Below, in pieces: positions 1 to 10,775 of a DNA stretch of 64,000 nucleotides. This stretch comes from Anaeromyxobacteraceae bacterium (GTDB lineage: Bacteria; Myxococcota; Myxococcia; Myxococcales; Anaeromyxobacteraceae): assembly GCA_047602405.1 (NCBI GenBank), contig JASGHJ010000002.1:2272001-2336000 (forward strand), read 5' to 3'. The notes beneath the pieces were generated by a model. The model was not told where the DNA came from. It saw only the letters and a program-made list of their open reading frames with translations, and ran no database searches. The first letter of the stretch is position 1. Every line of letters starts with the position of its first letter. Both the position numbers and the translations under genes were made by a program.

Positions 1-283
1 CGCCGCCGACCTCCTGCGTCCAGCGCGCCGGGAGCTTCCAGGCGAGCTTCACGGCGCCGTCGGGGAGCGACGGGGCCGCCATGCCGCCGCCACCGCCGCC
101 CGCGGGCGGCGTGCCCCCGCCGCCCATCATCGGGCCACCGCCCATCCCGCCGCCCATCGCCCCGGCGGAAGCCGGCTGCGCGGCCTCCTTCGGGACCCGG
201 TAGTGCGCGACGTCGGGCCGGCCGCAGCCCGCGATGGCGAGCGCCGCGACGAACACCGACGGAACCACCAAGAGACGCCTCAT
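1..283 (-). CDS. Partial (runs off window) hypothetical lipoprotein
   Basis: Manual translation MRRLLVVPSVFVAALAIAGC-GRPDVAHYRVPKE...LAWKLPARW. Lipobox IAGC, GGAGGT RBS upstream. Confidence 0.7.
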   Translation of the reverse strand, partial: MRRLLVVPSVFVAALAIAGCGRPDVAHYRVPKEAAQPASAGAMGGGMGGGPMMGGGGTPPAGGGGGGMAAPSLPDGAVKLAWKLPARWTQEVGG

Positions 284-549
284 CGCTTCGGATCCACCTC
301 CGCCCGCCGGGGCGTAGGCACCGGAAGGCACGGAAGAATTTCGTGCCCGGCCGGGCCCGCGTCGCGGACCTTCGGGGGCCTCCTGAAACGGGCGGAGACT
401 AACCCCGTCCCTGATCGGGATCAATCCAACATCCGACGGAACGGACGCCCGGCGGTCGACCGGTATTCCGGCACGGACGGACGGTCCGTCTGGCGGTCCG
501 GGGAGGCGTCAAACCACGCATGCGGGGCCACCGCAAGTAAGATGGCCGG

Positions 550-1809
550 ATGCTCTCGTCCCTCCTCGTCCTCGCCCTCGCGGCGACCCCCAGGCTGGCC
601 GTCCTGCCGCTCGCGCACCCCGAGGGCGTCGCCGACGGGGTCACCTCGGCGCTCACCGAGGCGCTCGCCGCCGAGGTCCGGCGGCAGAGCGGCGCCGACG
701 TCGTCACGAAGCGCGAGCTCGACAGCGTGCTCTCCCTCGAGCTCCAGAAGCAGATGCTGGGCTGCCAGACGGACGCCTGCATGGCGGAGCTGGGCGGCGC
801 CCTCGGCGTGGACGGCATGGTCACGGGCGACGTCTCCCGGATCGGCGAGAGCTGGCTCGTGCACCTCAAGGTGGTGAAGCCCCAGAAGGCGCAGGTGGTG
901 GCGCAGGCCGACCGGCGCATCCGGGGCGGCACGGTGGACGACGTGCTCGACCAGCTGCCGGGGATGGTGAGGGAGCTCTTTCCGGACGGCACCCCGCCCC
1001 GGAAGGCGCCCGCGGCGGTCGCCCCGCCCCCGGCCGCCCCGCCCGCTCCCCCGGCGGCCGCCGCGAAGCCGCCCGCGCTCTCGGCCGAGGAGCCCGCCGA
1101 CCTCGGCGAGGCCGCGAGGAAGCTCGTCGCGTTCACCGACGGCAAGGGACACCTCGTGGCGGTCGTCCCCTTCGACCTCGACGCCCCGCTGCTCTCCGGC
1201 GACGCGAAGCGGCTCGTCCTCGCCCGCACGATCGGCGGCGGCATGAACGGCACGGAGTCCTACGACCGCGTCTTCTGGGACCCGCGCTTCCCGCGCGGCG
1301 CCGAGCGCAGCTTCGAGTTCCGCGCCGGGAAGGCGAAGCTCGTCTGCGGCGAGAAGGAGATCCCGCTCACGCCGGTCCCGGCGAAGGAGCTGAAGGCGCT
1401 CGCGAAGGCCCGGACCCTCCAGCCGACCTGGCGCCGCATCCCGAGCGCGCTCGCCCGTGACGACGACGGCAACTACTTCCTGCTCGACGGCCTGCGCGGC
1501 GCCGACGGCGCCGCGGTCGAGGGCAAGGGGTGGGCGCTGTGGGTCGGCCCGAAGGGCGCCATGGCGCCGGTCGAGATCCGCGACGTGATCAAGGACGGCG
1601 CCGGCCTGCTCGTGCTCACCGCGGGCGGGAAGCTCAAGGTCGCGCGGGGCGCCGACGGGAAGACCACCGCCGAGTGGATCGCCGCCTCCGGCGCGCGACC
1701 GCTCGTGTGGCTCGACCCGGCCGACAACGGCCCGCGCCTCTACCGCGAGCTCTCGCCCTACGCGGGGCAGGCGCTCGGCTCCCCCTGCGATCCCCACGCG
1801 GCGCCCTGA
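550..1809 (+). CDS. Secreted hypothetical protein: N-terminal CsgG/TolB_N-like alpha/beta domain, Pro/Ala linker, C-terminal unknown domain
   Basis: Signal peptide; LAVLPL...QKQMLGCQTDACMAELGGALG pattern; host-like codon usage. Confidence 0.65.
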   Translation: MLSSLLVLALAATPRLAVLPLAHPEGVADGVTSALTEALAAEVRRQSGADVVTKRELDSVLSLELQKQMLGCQTDACMAELGGALGVDGMVTGDVSRIGESWLVHLKVVKPQKAQVVAQADRRIRGGTVDDVLDQLPGMVRELFPDGTPPRKAPAAVAPPPAAPPAPPAAAAKPPALSAEEPADLGEAARKLVAFTDGKGHLVAVVPFDLDAPLLSGDAKRLVLARTIGGGMNGTESYDRVFWDPRFPRGAERSFEFRAGKAKLVCGEKEIPLTPVPAKELKALAKARTLQPTWRRIPSALARDDDGNYFLLDGLRGADGAAVEGKGWALWVGPKGAMAPVEIRDVIKDGAGLLVLTAGGKLKVARGADGKTTAEWIAASGARPLVWLDPADNGPRLYRELSPYAGQALGSPCDPHAAP

Positions 1810-1877
1810 CGGTAGGACTCCTGCCGCGGCACCCTCGCCTGTCCATCCCCGACCGGAACAGAAGAGAAGGCCCGAAG

Positions 1878-2948
1878 ATGCAGCAGACCGAGAACCTGAA
1901 CGTCTCCGCCCTCGAGGTCATGCCCTCGCCCGACGAGGTCAAGGCCCGGCACCCGCTCACGGAGGAGGCCGCGCGGAGCATCGTCGAGTACCGGCGCACG
2001 CTCGAGGCGATCCTCGACGGCCGCGACCCGCGCCTCTTCGTGGTGGTGGGACCCTGCTCGATCCACGACCCCGTCGCCGGGCTCGACTACGCCCGGCGCC
2101 TGAAGGCGCTCGCCGACGAGGTGAAGGACACGCTCTTCGTCGTGATGCGGGTCTACTTCGAGAAGCCGCGCACCGCGCTGGGGTGGAAGGGCTTCATCAA
2201 CGACCCGCACATGGACGACTCGTTCCGCATCGACGAGGGCATGGCGCGGGCGCGGCGGTTCCTGCTCGACGTGAACGCGGTCGGGCTGCCGGCCGGCACC
2301 GAGGCGCTCGACCCCATCGCGCCGCAGTACTACGGCGACCTCGTCTCCTGGACGGCCATCGGGGCGCGCACCTCCGAGTCGCAGACCCACCGCGAGATGT
2401 CGAGCGGGCTCTCCACCCCCGTCGGCTTCAAGAACTCGACCGAGGGCGACGTCGGCACGGCGGTGAACGCCATCCTCTCCGCCGCGGGCGCGCACGCCTT
2501 CCTCGGCGTGAACGGCGCGGGCCGCTCGGCGATCATCCGCACGAAGGGCAACCGCTACGGCCACGTCGTGCTGCGCGGAGGCGGCGGCCGGCCCAACTAC
2601 GACACCGTGTCCATCGCGCTCGCCGAGGAGGCGCTCGCGAAGGCGAAGCTGCCCCGGAACGTGGTGGTGGACTGCTCCCACGCGAACTCCTGGAAGAAGC
2701 CGGAGCTCCAGCCGCTCGTGCTGCGCGACGTGGTCCACCAGATCCGCGAGGGGAACCGCTCGGTGGTGGGGCTCATGATCGAGAGCTTCCTCGAGCCGGG
2801 GAACCAGCCCATCCCGGACGACCTCTCTCAGCTCCGCTACGGCTGCTCGGTCACCGACGCGTGCGTCGGCTGGGACACGACGGTCGAGATGCTGCGCGAG
2901 GCCCGCTCGGTGCTGAAGGACGTGCTGCCGGGGCGGGGGCGCGGGTAG
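1878..2948 (+). CDS. aroG: Class I DAHP synthase (3-deoxy-7-phosphoheptulonate synthase, AroF/G/H family)
   Basis: Motifs GPCSIHD, RVYFEKPRT, IGARTSESQTHR, DCSHANS, YGCSVTDAC. Start at MQQTENLNV. Paralog assignment uncertain. Confidence 0.93.
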   Translation: MQQTENLNVSALEVMPSPDEVKARHPLTEEAARSIVEYRRTLEAILDGRDPRLFVVVGPCSIHDPVAGLDYARRLKALADEVKDTLFVVMRVYFEKPRTALGWKGFINDPHMDDSFRIDEGMARARRFLLDVNAVGLPAGTEALDPIAPQYYGDLVSWTAIGARTSESQTHREMSSGLSTPVGFKNSTEGDVGTAVNAILSAAGAHAFLGVNGAGRSAIIRTKGNRYGHVVLRGGGGRPNYDTVSIALAEEALAKAKLPRNVVVDCSHANSWKKPELQPLVLRDVVHQIREGNRSVVGLMIESFLEPGNQPIPDDLSQLRYGCSVTDACVGWDTTVEMLREARSVLKDVLPGRGRG

Positions 2949-2963
2949 CGCCGCGCCCGGCGC

Positions 2964-4691
2964 TCAGGTCTCGGAGGGATCGAGGCGGTCGAACGCGGCG
3001 CCGAGCAGGCGCACCGCGAGGAGCGACTCGCCCACCAGCACGCCGGCCGCGGCGCAGGCCGCGAGGAGCACCCCGCCCGCGCCGAGCGCGCCGGACGCGA
3101 ACCAGAAGCCGGCGAGGATCGCCGCCCCCACCCCCGCCGCGGGCAGCACCACGAGGGACAGCGCGACGAGGCCCCCGATGGCCACGACGAGCCGCAGGCC
3201 CATCGCCTCGGGGCCGCGCGCGCCCCCGCGCTCGGGGTCCTGCGGGATCCACCCGGGCAGGACCACGACGACCGCGTTCTGCAGGACGAGGCTCACGAGC
3301 GCCAGCGCCGGACCGAGCAGCGCGGCCGCGATCAGGGCCGCCGCCCGCGACGTGAGCGGGAAGTCCATCCAGAGGGTCGACGCCGCGACGACCGGCAGGA
3401 GCAGCCACTGCACGGCCACGAGCGGGAGCCAGGCGCCGAGGATCTCGCCGCGCACGAGCCGGGTGCCGGACACGGGCAGCGCGCGGAGCACGTCGAGGTA
3501 CCGCTGGTCGAGCCTGAGGTCGCTCCGGATCGCCCCCGCGCCGAGGACCGCCGAGAAGATCCAGAGCGGGAGCGCGACGGAGCCGACGATGTGGGCCGCG
3601 AGCTCGCCGCGCGGGCTCGCGAGGAACAGCGACGCGCCCGCGACGACGAGGACCAGGATCGCGCCGCGCGCGCCGAGCAGCTTCCCGAAGCCGGACGAGA
3701 TGAGCCCCTTCCAGACGAACGCGACCTCGACCGGCCCGTGCGGCCCGAGCTGGAACGGCGCCCTGCGGGGCCCCTTCCGCTCCGCGGCCCCGCGCCGCCG
3801 CTCGCGCAGCTGCTCGCGGAGCCGCGCCCGGCGCTCGGAGGCGGCCACGGCCGCCTCCTCGAAGGCCACGCCCGAGCGGATGACCCACACGTAGTGCAGG
3901 CCGAGGAGGGCGAGCGCGCCCGGCAGGTGGAGGGCGAACTCGCCCCAGGTGCGGGCGAGCACGAGCCCGGCGAGCGTGAGGCCCGGCCAGAGCGCGAGCC
4001 GGAGCGGGGAGGCCAGCACCGCGTCGCGGAAGCCCGCGGCGAAGGCCTCCGGCCGGTTCACGAGCGGAAGGCCGGAGAGGTCCACCCGGGTGACCGCCCA
4101 CGCGGCGAACGCCACGAGGCCGCCCAGCACGGCGAAGGTCCCCGCCCGACGCCGCAGGCCGCTCCAGCCCTCCCCCACCGCCGCCCAGGTGAGCGCGATG
4201 CCGAGGCGGTGCAGGTCGACCGTCGCGAACGCGATCCACGCGCCGAGCGCGAAGAGGAGCGGCCGCCCCGAGGCGGCGCGCCCGAAGATCAGGGTCGTGA
4301 AGGCCGTGCCGACCAGCCCCGCCGCGAGGAGCTGCAGCACGCGCCAGTGCAGCACCTGCACCCGGGTGAGCGGCGCCGGGAAGAGGAACTGGATCTCCGC
4401 CTCGCTCATCGCGAGGGCCCGGTGCTGCGCCCGGAAGATCCAGCCGAGGAGGAGCAGGAGCGTGCCCACCGCCGCGATCCCGATCGCCGCGAGGCCGGAG
4501 AACCCGGCCGGGATGGGCGGCACCGCCCGCGGGCCTGCCACGAGGTGCCGCCCCGCGTAGAACCAGAACCAGGCGAGCCCGACCGCGGTCGCGAGCGCGT
4601 ACCGCGGCTGGCGCAGCCGCCGGACCTGGTGGAGCACGCGGTTCTTGAGCGTCGCCCAGAGGACGAACGGCAGGACCCGGAGCACGAGCAC
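2964..4691 (-). CDS. Putative ABC exporter membrane subunit
   Basis: Multi-TM protein with EAEIQFLFPAP motif, directly downstream of an ABC ATPase. Confidence 0.8.
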   Translation of the reverse strand: MLVLRVLPFVLWATLKNRVLHQVRRLRQPRYALATAVGLAWFWFYAGRHLVAGPRAVPPIPAGFSGLAAIGIAAVGTLLLLLGWIFRAQHRALAMSEAEIQFLFPAPLTRVQVLHWRVLQLLAAGLVGTAFTTLIFGRAASGRPLLFALGAWIAFATVDLHRLGIALTWAAVGEGWSGLRRRAGTFAVLGGLVAFAAWAVTRVDLSGLPLVNRPEAFAAGFRDAVLASPLRLALWPGLTLAGLVLARTWGEFALHLPGALALLGLHYVWVIRSGVAFEEAAVAASERRARLREQLRERRRGAAERKGPRRAPFQLGPHGPVEVAFVWKGLISSGFGKLLGARGAILVLVVAGASLFLASPRGELAAHIVGSVALPLWIFSAVLGAGAIRSDLRLDQRYLDVLRALPVSGTRLVRGEILGAWLPLVAVQWLLLPVVAASTLWMDFPLTSRAAALIAAALLGPALALVSLVLQNAVVVVLPGWIPQDPERGGARGPEAMGLRLVVAIGGLVALSLVVLPAAGVGAAILAGFWFASGALGAGGVLLAACAAAGVLVGESLLAVRLLGAAFDRLDPSET

Positions 4692-4692
4692 C

Positions 4693-5476
4693 TTAGGGGC
4701 GCTCCCCGGGCGCGGCGGCCGGCGCGGTCGCGAGCGGGTCCGGCGCCGCGCTCGTGATCCGCACGAAGAGCTCCTCGAGGCCCGCCCCGGCGCCGGAGGC
4801 CCCGAGCGTCGCGCGGATCCTCGTCGAGCGTCCCGTGCGCGACCATGCGGCCGCCGGCCACGACGAGCACCCGGTGGCAGAGCTCCTCCACCACCGGCAA
4901 CAGGTGCGAGGAGAGGACGAGCGCGGCCCCGGCCGCGGCGCGGGCCCGGAGCGACTGCTTCGTGCGGCGGATGGCGAGCGGGTCGAGCCCGGTGAGCGGC
5001 TCGTCGAGGACGATGAGCGCCGGATCGTGGAGGAACCCGCAGGCGAGCACGAGCTTCTGCTTCATGCCGCGGGAGAGCTCACCGGGGAGCGCGTCCTCCT
5101 TGCCGGCGAGCTCGAGCTCCTCGAGGAGCCGCCGGCCCTTCTCCTCGGCGCCGTCGACGCCGTAGAGCCGCGCCACGAGCGCGAGGTGCTCCTTCACGGT
5201 GAGGTACTCGAACAGGCGCGGCTCGTCGGGGAGGAACGCGAGCGCCCGCTTCGCCTCGACGGGCGCCTTCGCGAGGTCGTGCCCGCCGATGCGGATCTCG
5301 CCCGTGTTGGGCGGGAGGATGCCGCCGATGCACCGGAGGGTGGTCGTCTTGCCGGCGCCGTTCGGCCCCACCAGCCCGAGCACCTCGCCCGGCTGCACCG
5401 AGAAGGTGAGCCCGTCCACCGCCCGCAGATCACCGTAGACCTTCGAGAGCCCCGTCACCCTGAGCGCAGGTTCCAC
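4693..5476 (-). CDS. ABC transporter ATP-binding protein (+1 frameshift at ~4820, probable sequencing error)
   Basis: GPNGAGKTT, LSRGMKQK, LDEP, SSH. Removing one base at GAGGATC restores ...TLDEIRATLG...LEELFVRIT...GERP*, ending 1 nt before the permease start. Confidence 0.88.
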
Positions 5477-5555
5477 GGTCGAGGTGTACCGCGAGCGGCC
5501 TCCGCGCGAAAGCGGGCGTGACGCGATCCCGGGCGGCGTGCGATGTACGGGGCCG

Positions 5556-6155
5556 ATGCCCTCCCCCGCCCACCTCCTCGACCGCGCCGTGGACCTCGAC
5601 CGGGCGGTCTTCGGCGCGATCAACGTCGCGGGCGGGGCGCTCCTCGACGGGCTCGCGGCGCTGCTCTCGGATCGCGCCTTCGGCTTCGCCTGGGGGCTGG
5701 CGCTCGCGGCGGCGGTCGTGCTCCGCCTCGCCGCGGCCGGCGGCTCGCGGGGCCCGGCCCTCCTCCGCGCCGCGCTCCGGCCGGTCCTCGCGATCGCCCT
5801 CGCCGCGGCGGCGAGCGACTTCCTCGGGGCGACCGTGCTCCGGCCCGCCTTCGGCCGGCGCCGGCCCTGCTACGCGCTCCCCGAGGGGGAGTTCCGGCCG
5901 CTCCTCACCGCCGCCGACGTGGGGTCCCTGCCCAGCCTGCACGCCTCCAACTTCTCGGCGCTCGCCCTCGCGGTGACGCTCGCCGACCGGCGGCTCGGCC
6001 TCGTGGCCTGGCCGGTGGCGCTCGCGGTCGGCTGGAGCCGCGTCTACGGCGGCGTGCACTGGCCGGGCGACGTCCTCGGGGGCGTCGTCTGGGGCTCGCT
6101 CGCGGCGATCGCGGCGCGGGCGGTGACCCGCCCGCTCGCGATCACTCGATCCTGA
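5556..6155 (+). CDS. PAP2 family membrane phosphatase
   Basis: RxRP, SLPSLH and SRVYGGVHWPGD motifs. Confidence 0.88.
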   Translation: MPSPAHLLDRAVDLDRAVFGAINVAGGALLDGLAALLSDRAFGFAWGLALAAAVVLRLAAAGGSRGPALLRAALRPVLAIALAAAASDFLGATVLRPAFGRRRPCYALPEGEFRPLLTAADVGSLPSLHASNFSALALAVTLADRRLGLVAWPVALAVGWSRVYGGVHWPGDVLGGVVWGSLAAIAARAVTRPLAITRS

Positions 6156-9100
6156 GCTCCACCCGGCGGTTCATCCCGTGGTGGCCGGGCATGGCCGGCC
6201 GGGTGTCCCCGAAGCCCACCGCGCGGAGCCGCTCCGGCGGCACGCCGGCGGCCTCGAGCGCCGCGCGCACCCTCTCGGCGCGCTGCTCGGAGAGGGCCTG
6301 GTTGTGCCGCGGGTTGCCGACCTCGTCGGCGTGGCCCTCGACCACGATCCTCACCGGCTTCGGGTTCTCCTTCACCTCCGCCGCCACGCGCTCGATCTCG
6401 TCCTCGAAGCGCCCGCTCACCTCGGTCTCGTTCACGCCGAAGTAGATGCGCGCGTCGATCGCCAGGATGGGCGGGGGCGGCAGGGGCACGGCCGCCGGCG
6501 CGCGCCGCCCCTGCGCGGCGGGCGGCTTCGGCTCCTCGGCGACGGCGAGCGGGACCGGCGGCGGCTCCACCGCGGCGGGCCGCTCGAGGCGGACGGGGGC
6601 GAGGCTCGAGTAGGTGAGCGCGAGGAAGCCGCGCCACACCGGCGTGCCGACGGCGGTCGAGACGCCGGCGCCGCCGCCCACGGTGACGGCGAGGCCGCGG
6701 GGGCCCTGCCACCGCACCGCGAGGAGCGCCTCGAGGGGGCTCGTCGCGGCGGACGCGCCGCGCTCGCCGATCACGCTGCCCTGCGCGGCCCAGCGGCCGA
6801 AGGGGAGCTCCGCCGCGAGGCCGTAGGTGACGGCGCTGCCGACGGTCGTGTCGAGGACCTTGCGCGCCGGGCGCACCGCGTAGCCGGCGTTCGCCAGCAG
6901 GCGGACCCGCCACAGCGCGAGCTCGAGATCGAGCCGGGGGGCCCAGGTCGCGGCGCCGGCGCCGAGGAACGAGGTCCGATCGCCGGTGGGGAACGAGACC
7001 GGCAGCGCGACGCCGGCCTGGAGCGGGCCGAGGGCCCCGAGCCTGAGCTTCGGGATCACCCGGACGTCGGAGAGGCCGCTCGAGGCGATGGTCGGCTGCA
7101 GCGTGGCGGGGACGTTCGGGGCGCGGCCCGCGGTCTGCGCGAGCGCGCCGGAGCCCACCACCGCGAGCTCGGCCACGCCGAACAGGCCGACCGAGGCGCC
7201 CGCGGTGAGCGTGGCCTGGCGGTCGACGATGGCGAAGGTGAGCGGCGCGCCGCCCATCCCGGTCGCCTCGATGCGCAGCGGCTTCGAGGCGTAGGAGAGG
7301 AAGATCCCGGCGCCGCGCTCGAGGTGGCCCGGCACGTCCGGCGAGCCCACCGAGAGCACGTCGCGCGCGCCGCCGAGGGGCTCGAACCGCTCGATGACGA
7401 TCGCGGTCGACGCCTCCTGGGCAGAGGCCGGCGCCGCGAGGAGGCCGGCCACCAGCGCGAGCGCCACCCCCACCGGCGCACGCCGCCGCGCGCGGAGGCG
7501 CGAGAGCGCGAGGCCCGCGAGGAGGATCGCGAGGGGCGAGCCCGAGAGGCTGCCCGACCCGCAGCTGCAACCGCCCGCCGCCCCCGCCTTCCACTCCGGC
7601 CACACGTACACGATGACCTCCGCGACGTTCCCCAGCGAATCCGTGACGCGCACTAGGTCCGCGGCGTTGCGGACGTCCCCGGCGGTGTAGAGCCCCGTGT
7701 CCGGGTCGAGCGTGCTGTTCGAGCCGCCCGGCACGATGGTCCACGCGTAGCCCTCGCCGCTCCCACCCGTCGCCTCGAAGGCGATCTGGCCGCCCGGCTC
7801 GGCGCCGCCGGGGTTCCCGCCGATGGCGAGCGACGGGCCGACCGACACCTGCGCGGTGGTCGAGTGGCCGAGGGGGTCCTGCACCTTCACCACGTCGACG
7901 ACCCCACCCTTCGAGCCGGCGGTGTAGGCGCCGGTGTCGGGGTCGAGGGTGGCGCCGGACGCGTCGGTCTCGAGCGACCAGGCGTAGCCGTAGGCGCCGA
8001 GCGCCTCGAACGACAGGGTGGCCTTCGGCGCCACCGACGGCGCGCGGGGGCGGATCTTCACGCGGTCGACGACGAGCAGCCAGCGCGCGTGGCCCGCGGC
8101 GCCGGAGGCGACGGGGCGCAGGGCGTACCAGCCCGGCACCGTCACGGCGGGGACGCTCGCGACCACCTCCTCGCCGGTCGCGACCTCGACGTGGGCGTGC
8201 CCGACCGGGCCCGAGAGCCCCTCGAGCCGCAGCACCGGACGGCTCGCCGCGGCGGCGCGCGGGCCGCCGGTGGCCGCCGGACCGCCCGCGAGGCGGGCCC
8301 CGGTGAGCTCGAGCGGCGTGCCGGGCGTGCGCGCCGGGAGCGAGGCGTCGAGCGCCGGAGCGAGCGCCGCGGAGGTCGCGAGGCCAGCGTCGAACCGCTC
8401 GGCCTCGTGGGAGAGCCCGGTGGTGTCGCCGCCCACGGCGAGCGCGTCGCCGTCGGGGAGCGGAGCGAGGGAGAGGTCCGCGCGCGCGTGCGCGAGGGCG
8501 GGCAGCGCCGAGAAGCCGGCGGCGGAGGGCACCCAGCGCTCTGCGGAGGCGAGCGGCGCGGCCGCGCGGCCCCCGGCCACGAGGACCTCGCCGGAGGGGA
8601 GCAGGAGCGCCGCGTGGTCCGTGCGCGCCTCGAGCAGCGCGGGGCCGCTCGACCAGGCCCCGGCGGTCCGGAGCTCCGTCGTGGCGAGGACGCCCGCCGG
8701 GCCTTGACCGCCGGTGACGAGCAGCCGGCCGTCCTCGAGCACGGTGGCGGCGTGGCGGGTGCGCGCCGTCGCGAGGGCGCCGTCGGCGCTCCACGCCCAG
8801 GCGGCGGAGCTCCAGCGCTCGCACGCGGCGAGGGGCGCGCCCTCCGCGTCCTCGCCGCCCGCGACGGCCACGTCGCCGCCCGGGAGGAGCGAGGCGGTGT
8901 GGTGCGCCCGGGCGACCGCGAGCGGCCGCGCGTCGGCGAACGTGCCGGCGTCCGGATCGTACGTCTCGGCCGCGGCCGTGACCCCCACGGTCGTGGTGGT
9001 CGCCCCGTTCTTCGTGACCAATCTCGTGACGACGCCGCCCGCCACGAGCACGGCGCCGCTCGGGAGGAGCACCGCGGTGTGCGCGCTCCGCGCGAGGCGG

Positions 9101-10512
9101 AGCGGCCCGGTCGCGCGCCAGGTGCCGGTCGCGGGCGTGTAGCGCTCCGCCGCGACGAGCGGCGTGCCCGGGCCGACGTTGCCGCCGACCACGAGGACCT
9201 CGCCCGTGTCGAGGAGCGTGGCGGTGTGCCCGGTGCGGGCGGTCAGCATGTCGCCGGTCGGGGTCCAGGTCCCGGCCGCGGGGTCGTAGAGCTGCGCGTC
9301 GGCGAGGAAGCCGCCCAGGCCGTCGACGCCGCCGGCGACGAGGATGCGCCCGTCGGGGAGCGGCGTCGCGGTCTGCCCACGGCGCGCGACCCCGGTCCCG
9401 CCGGCGAGGCTCCACGCCGGCGCGGACACGTCGAGCGCCTCGACGGCGGCGAGCGCGGCCCCCGAGAGCGCGCCGCCGGCCACGAGGACCCGGCCGGTGC
9501 CGAGCGGCGTGGCCGAGTGGCCGGCGCGGGCCGAGGCGAGCGCGGGGCCGGCGGACCAGCCGCCGCCCGCGGGGTCGTAGCGCTCGGTGGTGGCGAGCTC
9601 GCCGAGCGGCCCGCGGCCGCCCGCGACGAGCGCGCGACCCGAGGGGAGGAGCACCGCGGCGGCGTCGCTGCGCGCGGTCGCGAGCGGATCGGTGACGGCC
9701 CACCCGCCGGAAGAGGTCCAGCGCTCGACGGAGGCGAGCGCGCCGGCGGCGGCCTCGCCGCCCGCGGCGAGCACCGAGCCATCGGCGAGGCGCAGGACGG
9801 CGGCGGCCGCGCGCGCGGCGGTGAGCGCCGCGTCCGGCGCGAAGGTGTGCGCCGCGGGATCCCAGCGCTCGGTGGTCGCGAGCGCGCCCGCGGCGCCCTC
9901 GCCGCCGACGACGAGCACCGTCCCGTCGCCGAGCAGCGCGGCGCCGTGGCGGGTGCGCGCGGCCTTCAGCGTGCCGGCGCCCGACCACTTCGAGGCGTCC
10001 GCGGTGAGCAGCTCGGCCGAGTCGAGCGCCGCGCCGGCGCCCGCGCCGCCGGCGACGAGCACCTCGCCCGTGGGGAGGACCGTGGCGGAGTGCCCCGCGC
10101 GCGCCGTGGCGAGCGGCGGGCCGGCGCGCCAGGCGCCGGCCACGGGGTCGAAGAGCTCGGTGGTCGCGAGGGCCAATCCCTGGGCGTCCACTCCGCCGGC
10201 GACGAGCACGCGCCCGTCGGCGAGGAGCGTCGCGGTGTGATCCCGGCGCGCCGTGGCGAGCGGGGGCGCGGCGGCGACGGCGCCGCTCGACGGCTCGACG
10301 AGCTCGACCGACGCGAGCGCCCCGGTGGCGCCGGGGGCGCCTCCCGCGAGGAGCAGGCGCCCATCCTCGAGCAGGGTGGCGGTGTGACCGGTGCGGGCCG
10401 TGCCCGCGGCGGACGCGGCATCGGCGGAGGCCGCGAGCGGCCCGGGCGAAGGCGGGCGCGCGCCGCAAGCGAGGGCGACGAGGGCGGCGGCGAGGGCGAA
10501 GTGCTGTCTCAT
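6142..10512 (-). CDS. Kelch-repeat lipoprotein with Ig-like repeats, internal MYXO-CTERM, beta-barrel and OmpA C-terminal domain
   Basis: Lipobox LVALAC; >12 HTATLL..G.VLVAGG repeats; GCSC..LLAGLALSRLRARRR; EGHAD..NQALSEQRA..NRRVE. Confidence 0.85.
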   Translation of the reverse strand: MRQHFALAAALVALACGARPPSPGPLAASADAASAAGTARTGHTATLLEDGRLLLAGGAPGATGALASVELVEPSSGAVAAAPPLATARRDHTATLLADGRVLVAGGVDAQGLALATTELFDPVAGAWRAGPPLATARAGHSATVLPTGEVLVAGGAGAGAALDSAELLTADASKWSGAGTLKAARTRHGAALLGDGTVLVVGGEGAAGALATTERWDPAAHTFAPDAALTAARAAAAVLRLADGSVLAAGGEAAAGALASVERWTSSGGWAVTDPLATARSDAAAVLLPSGRALVAGGRGPLGELATTERYDPAGGGWSAGPALASARAGHSATPLGTGRVLVAGGALSGAALAAVEALDVSAPAWSLAGGTGVARRGQTATPLPDGRILVAGGVDGLGGFLADAQLYDPAAGTWTPTGDMLTARTGHTATLLDTGEVLVVGGNVGPGTPLVAAERYTPATGTWRATGPLRLARSAHTAVLLPSGAVLVAGGVVTRLVTKNGATTTTVGVTAAAETYDPDAGTFADARPLAVARAHHTASLLPGGDVAVAGGEDAEGAPLAACERWSSAAWAWSADGALATARTRHAATVLEDGRLLVTGGQGPAGVLATTELRTAGAWSSGPALLEARTDHAALLLPSGEVLVAGGRAAAPLASAERWVPSAAGFSALPALAHARADLSLAPLPDGDALAVGGDTTGLSHEAERFDAGLATSAALAPALDASLPARTPGTPLELTGARLAGGPAATGGPRAAAASRPVLRLEGLSGPVGHAHVEVATGEEVVASVPAVTVPGWYALRPVASGAAGHARWLLVVDRVKIRPRAPSVAPKATLSFEALGAYGYAWSLETDASGATLDPDTGAYTAGSKGGVVDVVKVQDPLGHSTTAQVSVGPSLAIGGNPGGAEPGGQIAFEATGGSGEGYAWTIVPGGSNSTLDPDTGLYTAGDVRNAADLVRVTDSLGNVAEVIVYVWPEWKAGAAGGCSCGSGSLSGSPLAILLAGLALSRLRARRRAPVGVALALVAGLLAAPASAQEASTAIVIERFEPLGGARDVLSVGSPDVPGHLERGAGIFLSYASKPLRIEATGMGGAPLTFAIVDRQATLTAGASVGLFGVAELAVVGSGALAQTAGRAPNVPATLQPTIASSGLSDVRVIPKLRLGALGPLQAGVALPVSFPTGDRTSFLGAGAATWAPRLDLELALWRVRLLANAGYAVRPARKVLDTTVGSAVTYGLAAELPFGRWAAQGSVIGERGASAATSPLEALLAVRWQGPRGLAVTVGGGAGVSTAVGTPVWRGFLALTYSSLAPVRLERPAAVEPPPVPLAVAEEPKPPAAQGRRAPAAVPLPPPPILAIDARIYFGVNETEVSGRFEDEIERVAAEVKENPKPVRIVVEGHADEVGNPRHNQALSEQRAERVRAALEAAGVPPERLRAVGFGDTRPAMPGHHGMNRRVELRIE

Positions 10513-10775
10513 GGCGACCGCGCACCCGGGGGGTTCGACCCGGGCGGCGCACCGGACGGGACAGCAACTCCCGGTCCAGCGGGCGTGCGGTATTCGTCAG
10601 CCATGGCGGGTGGTTCCGGAGGCAGGCCGCGCCACGGACCGTCCGCGGCGCACCCACCCCCGGGTCAGGAACCCGGGGCCCCGGCGCGATCCCGACCCGT
10701 CGCACATCCACCCCGCCCCCACCCTGCCCTGCGCTGGCCGGTCGCCAGGTGACCCGTGGTGCTAAGAACGATCGC

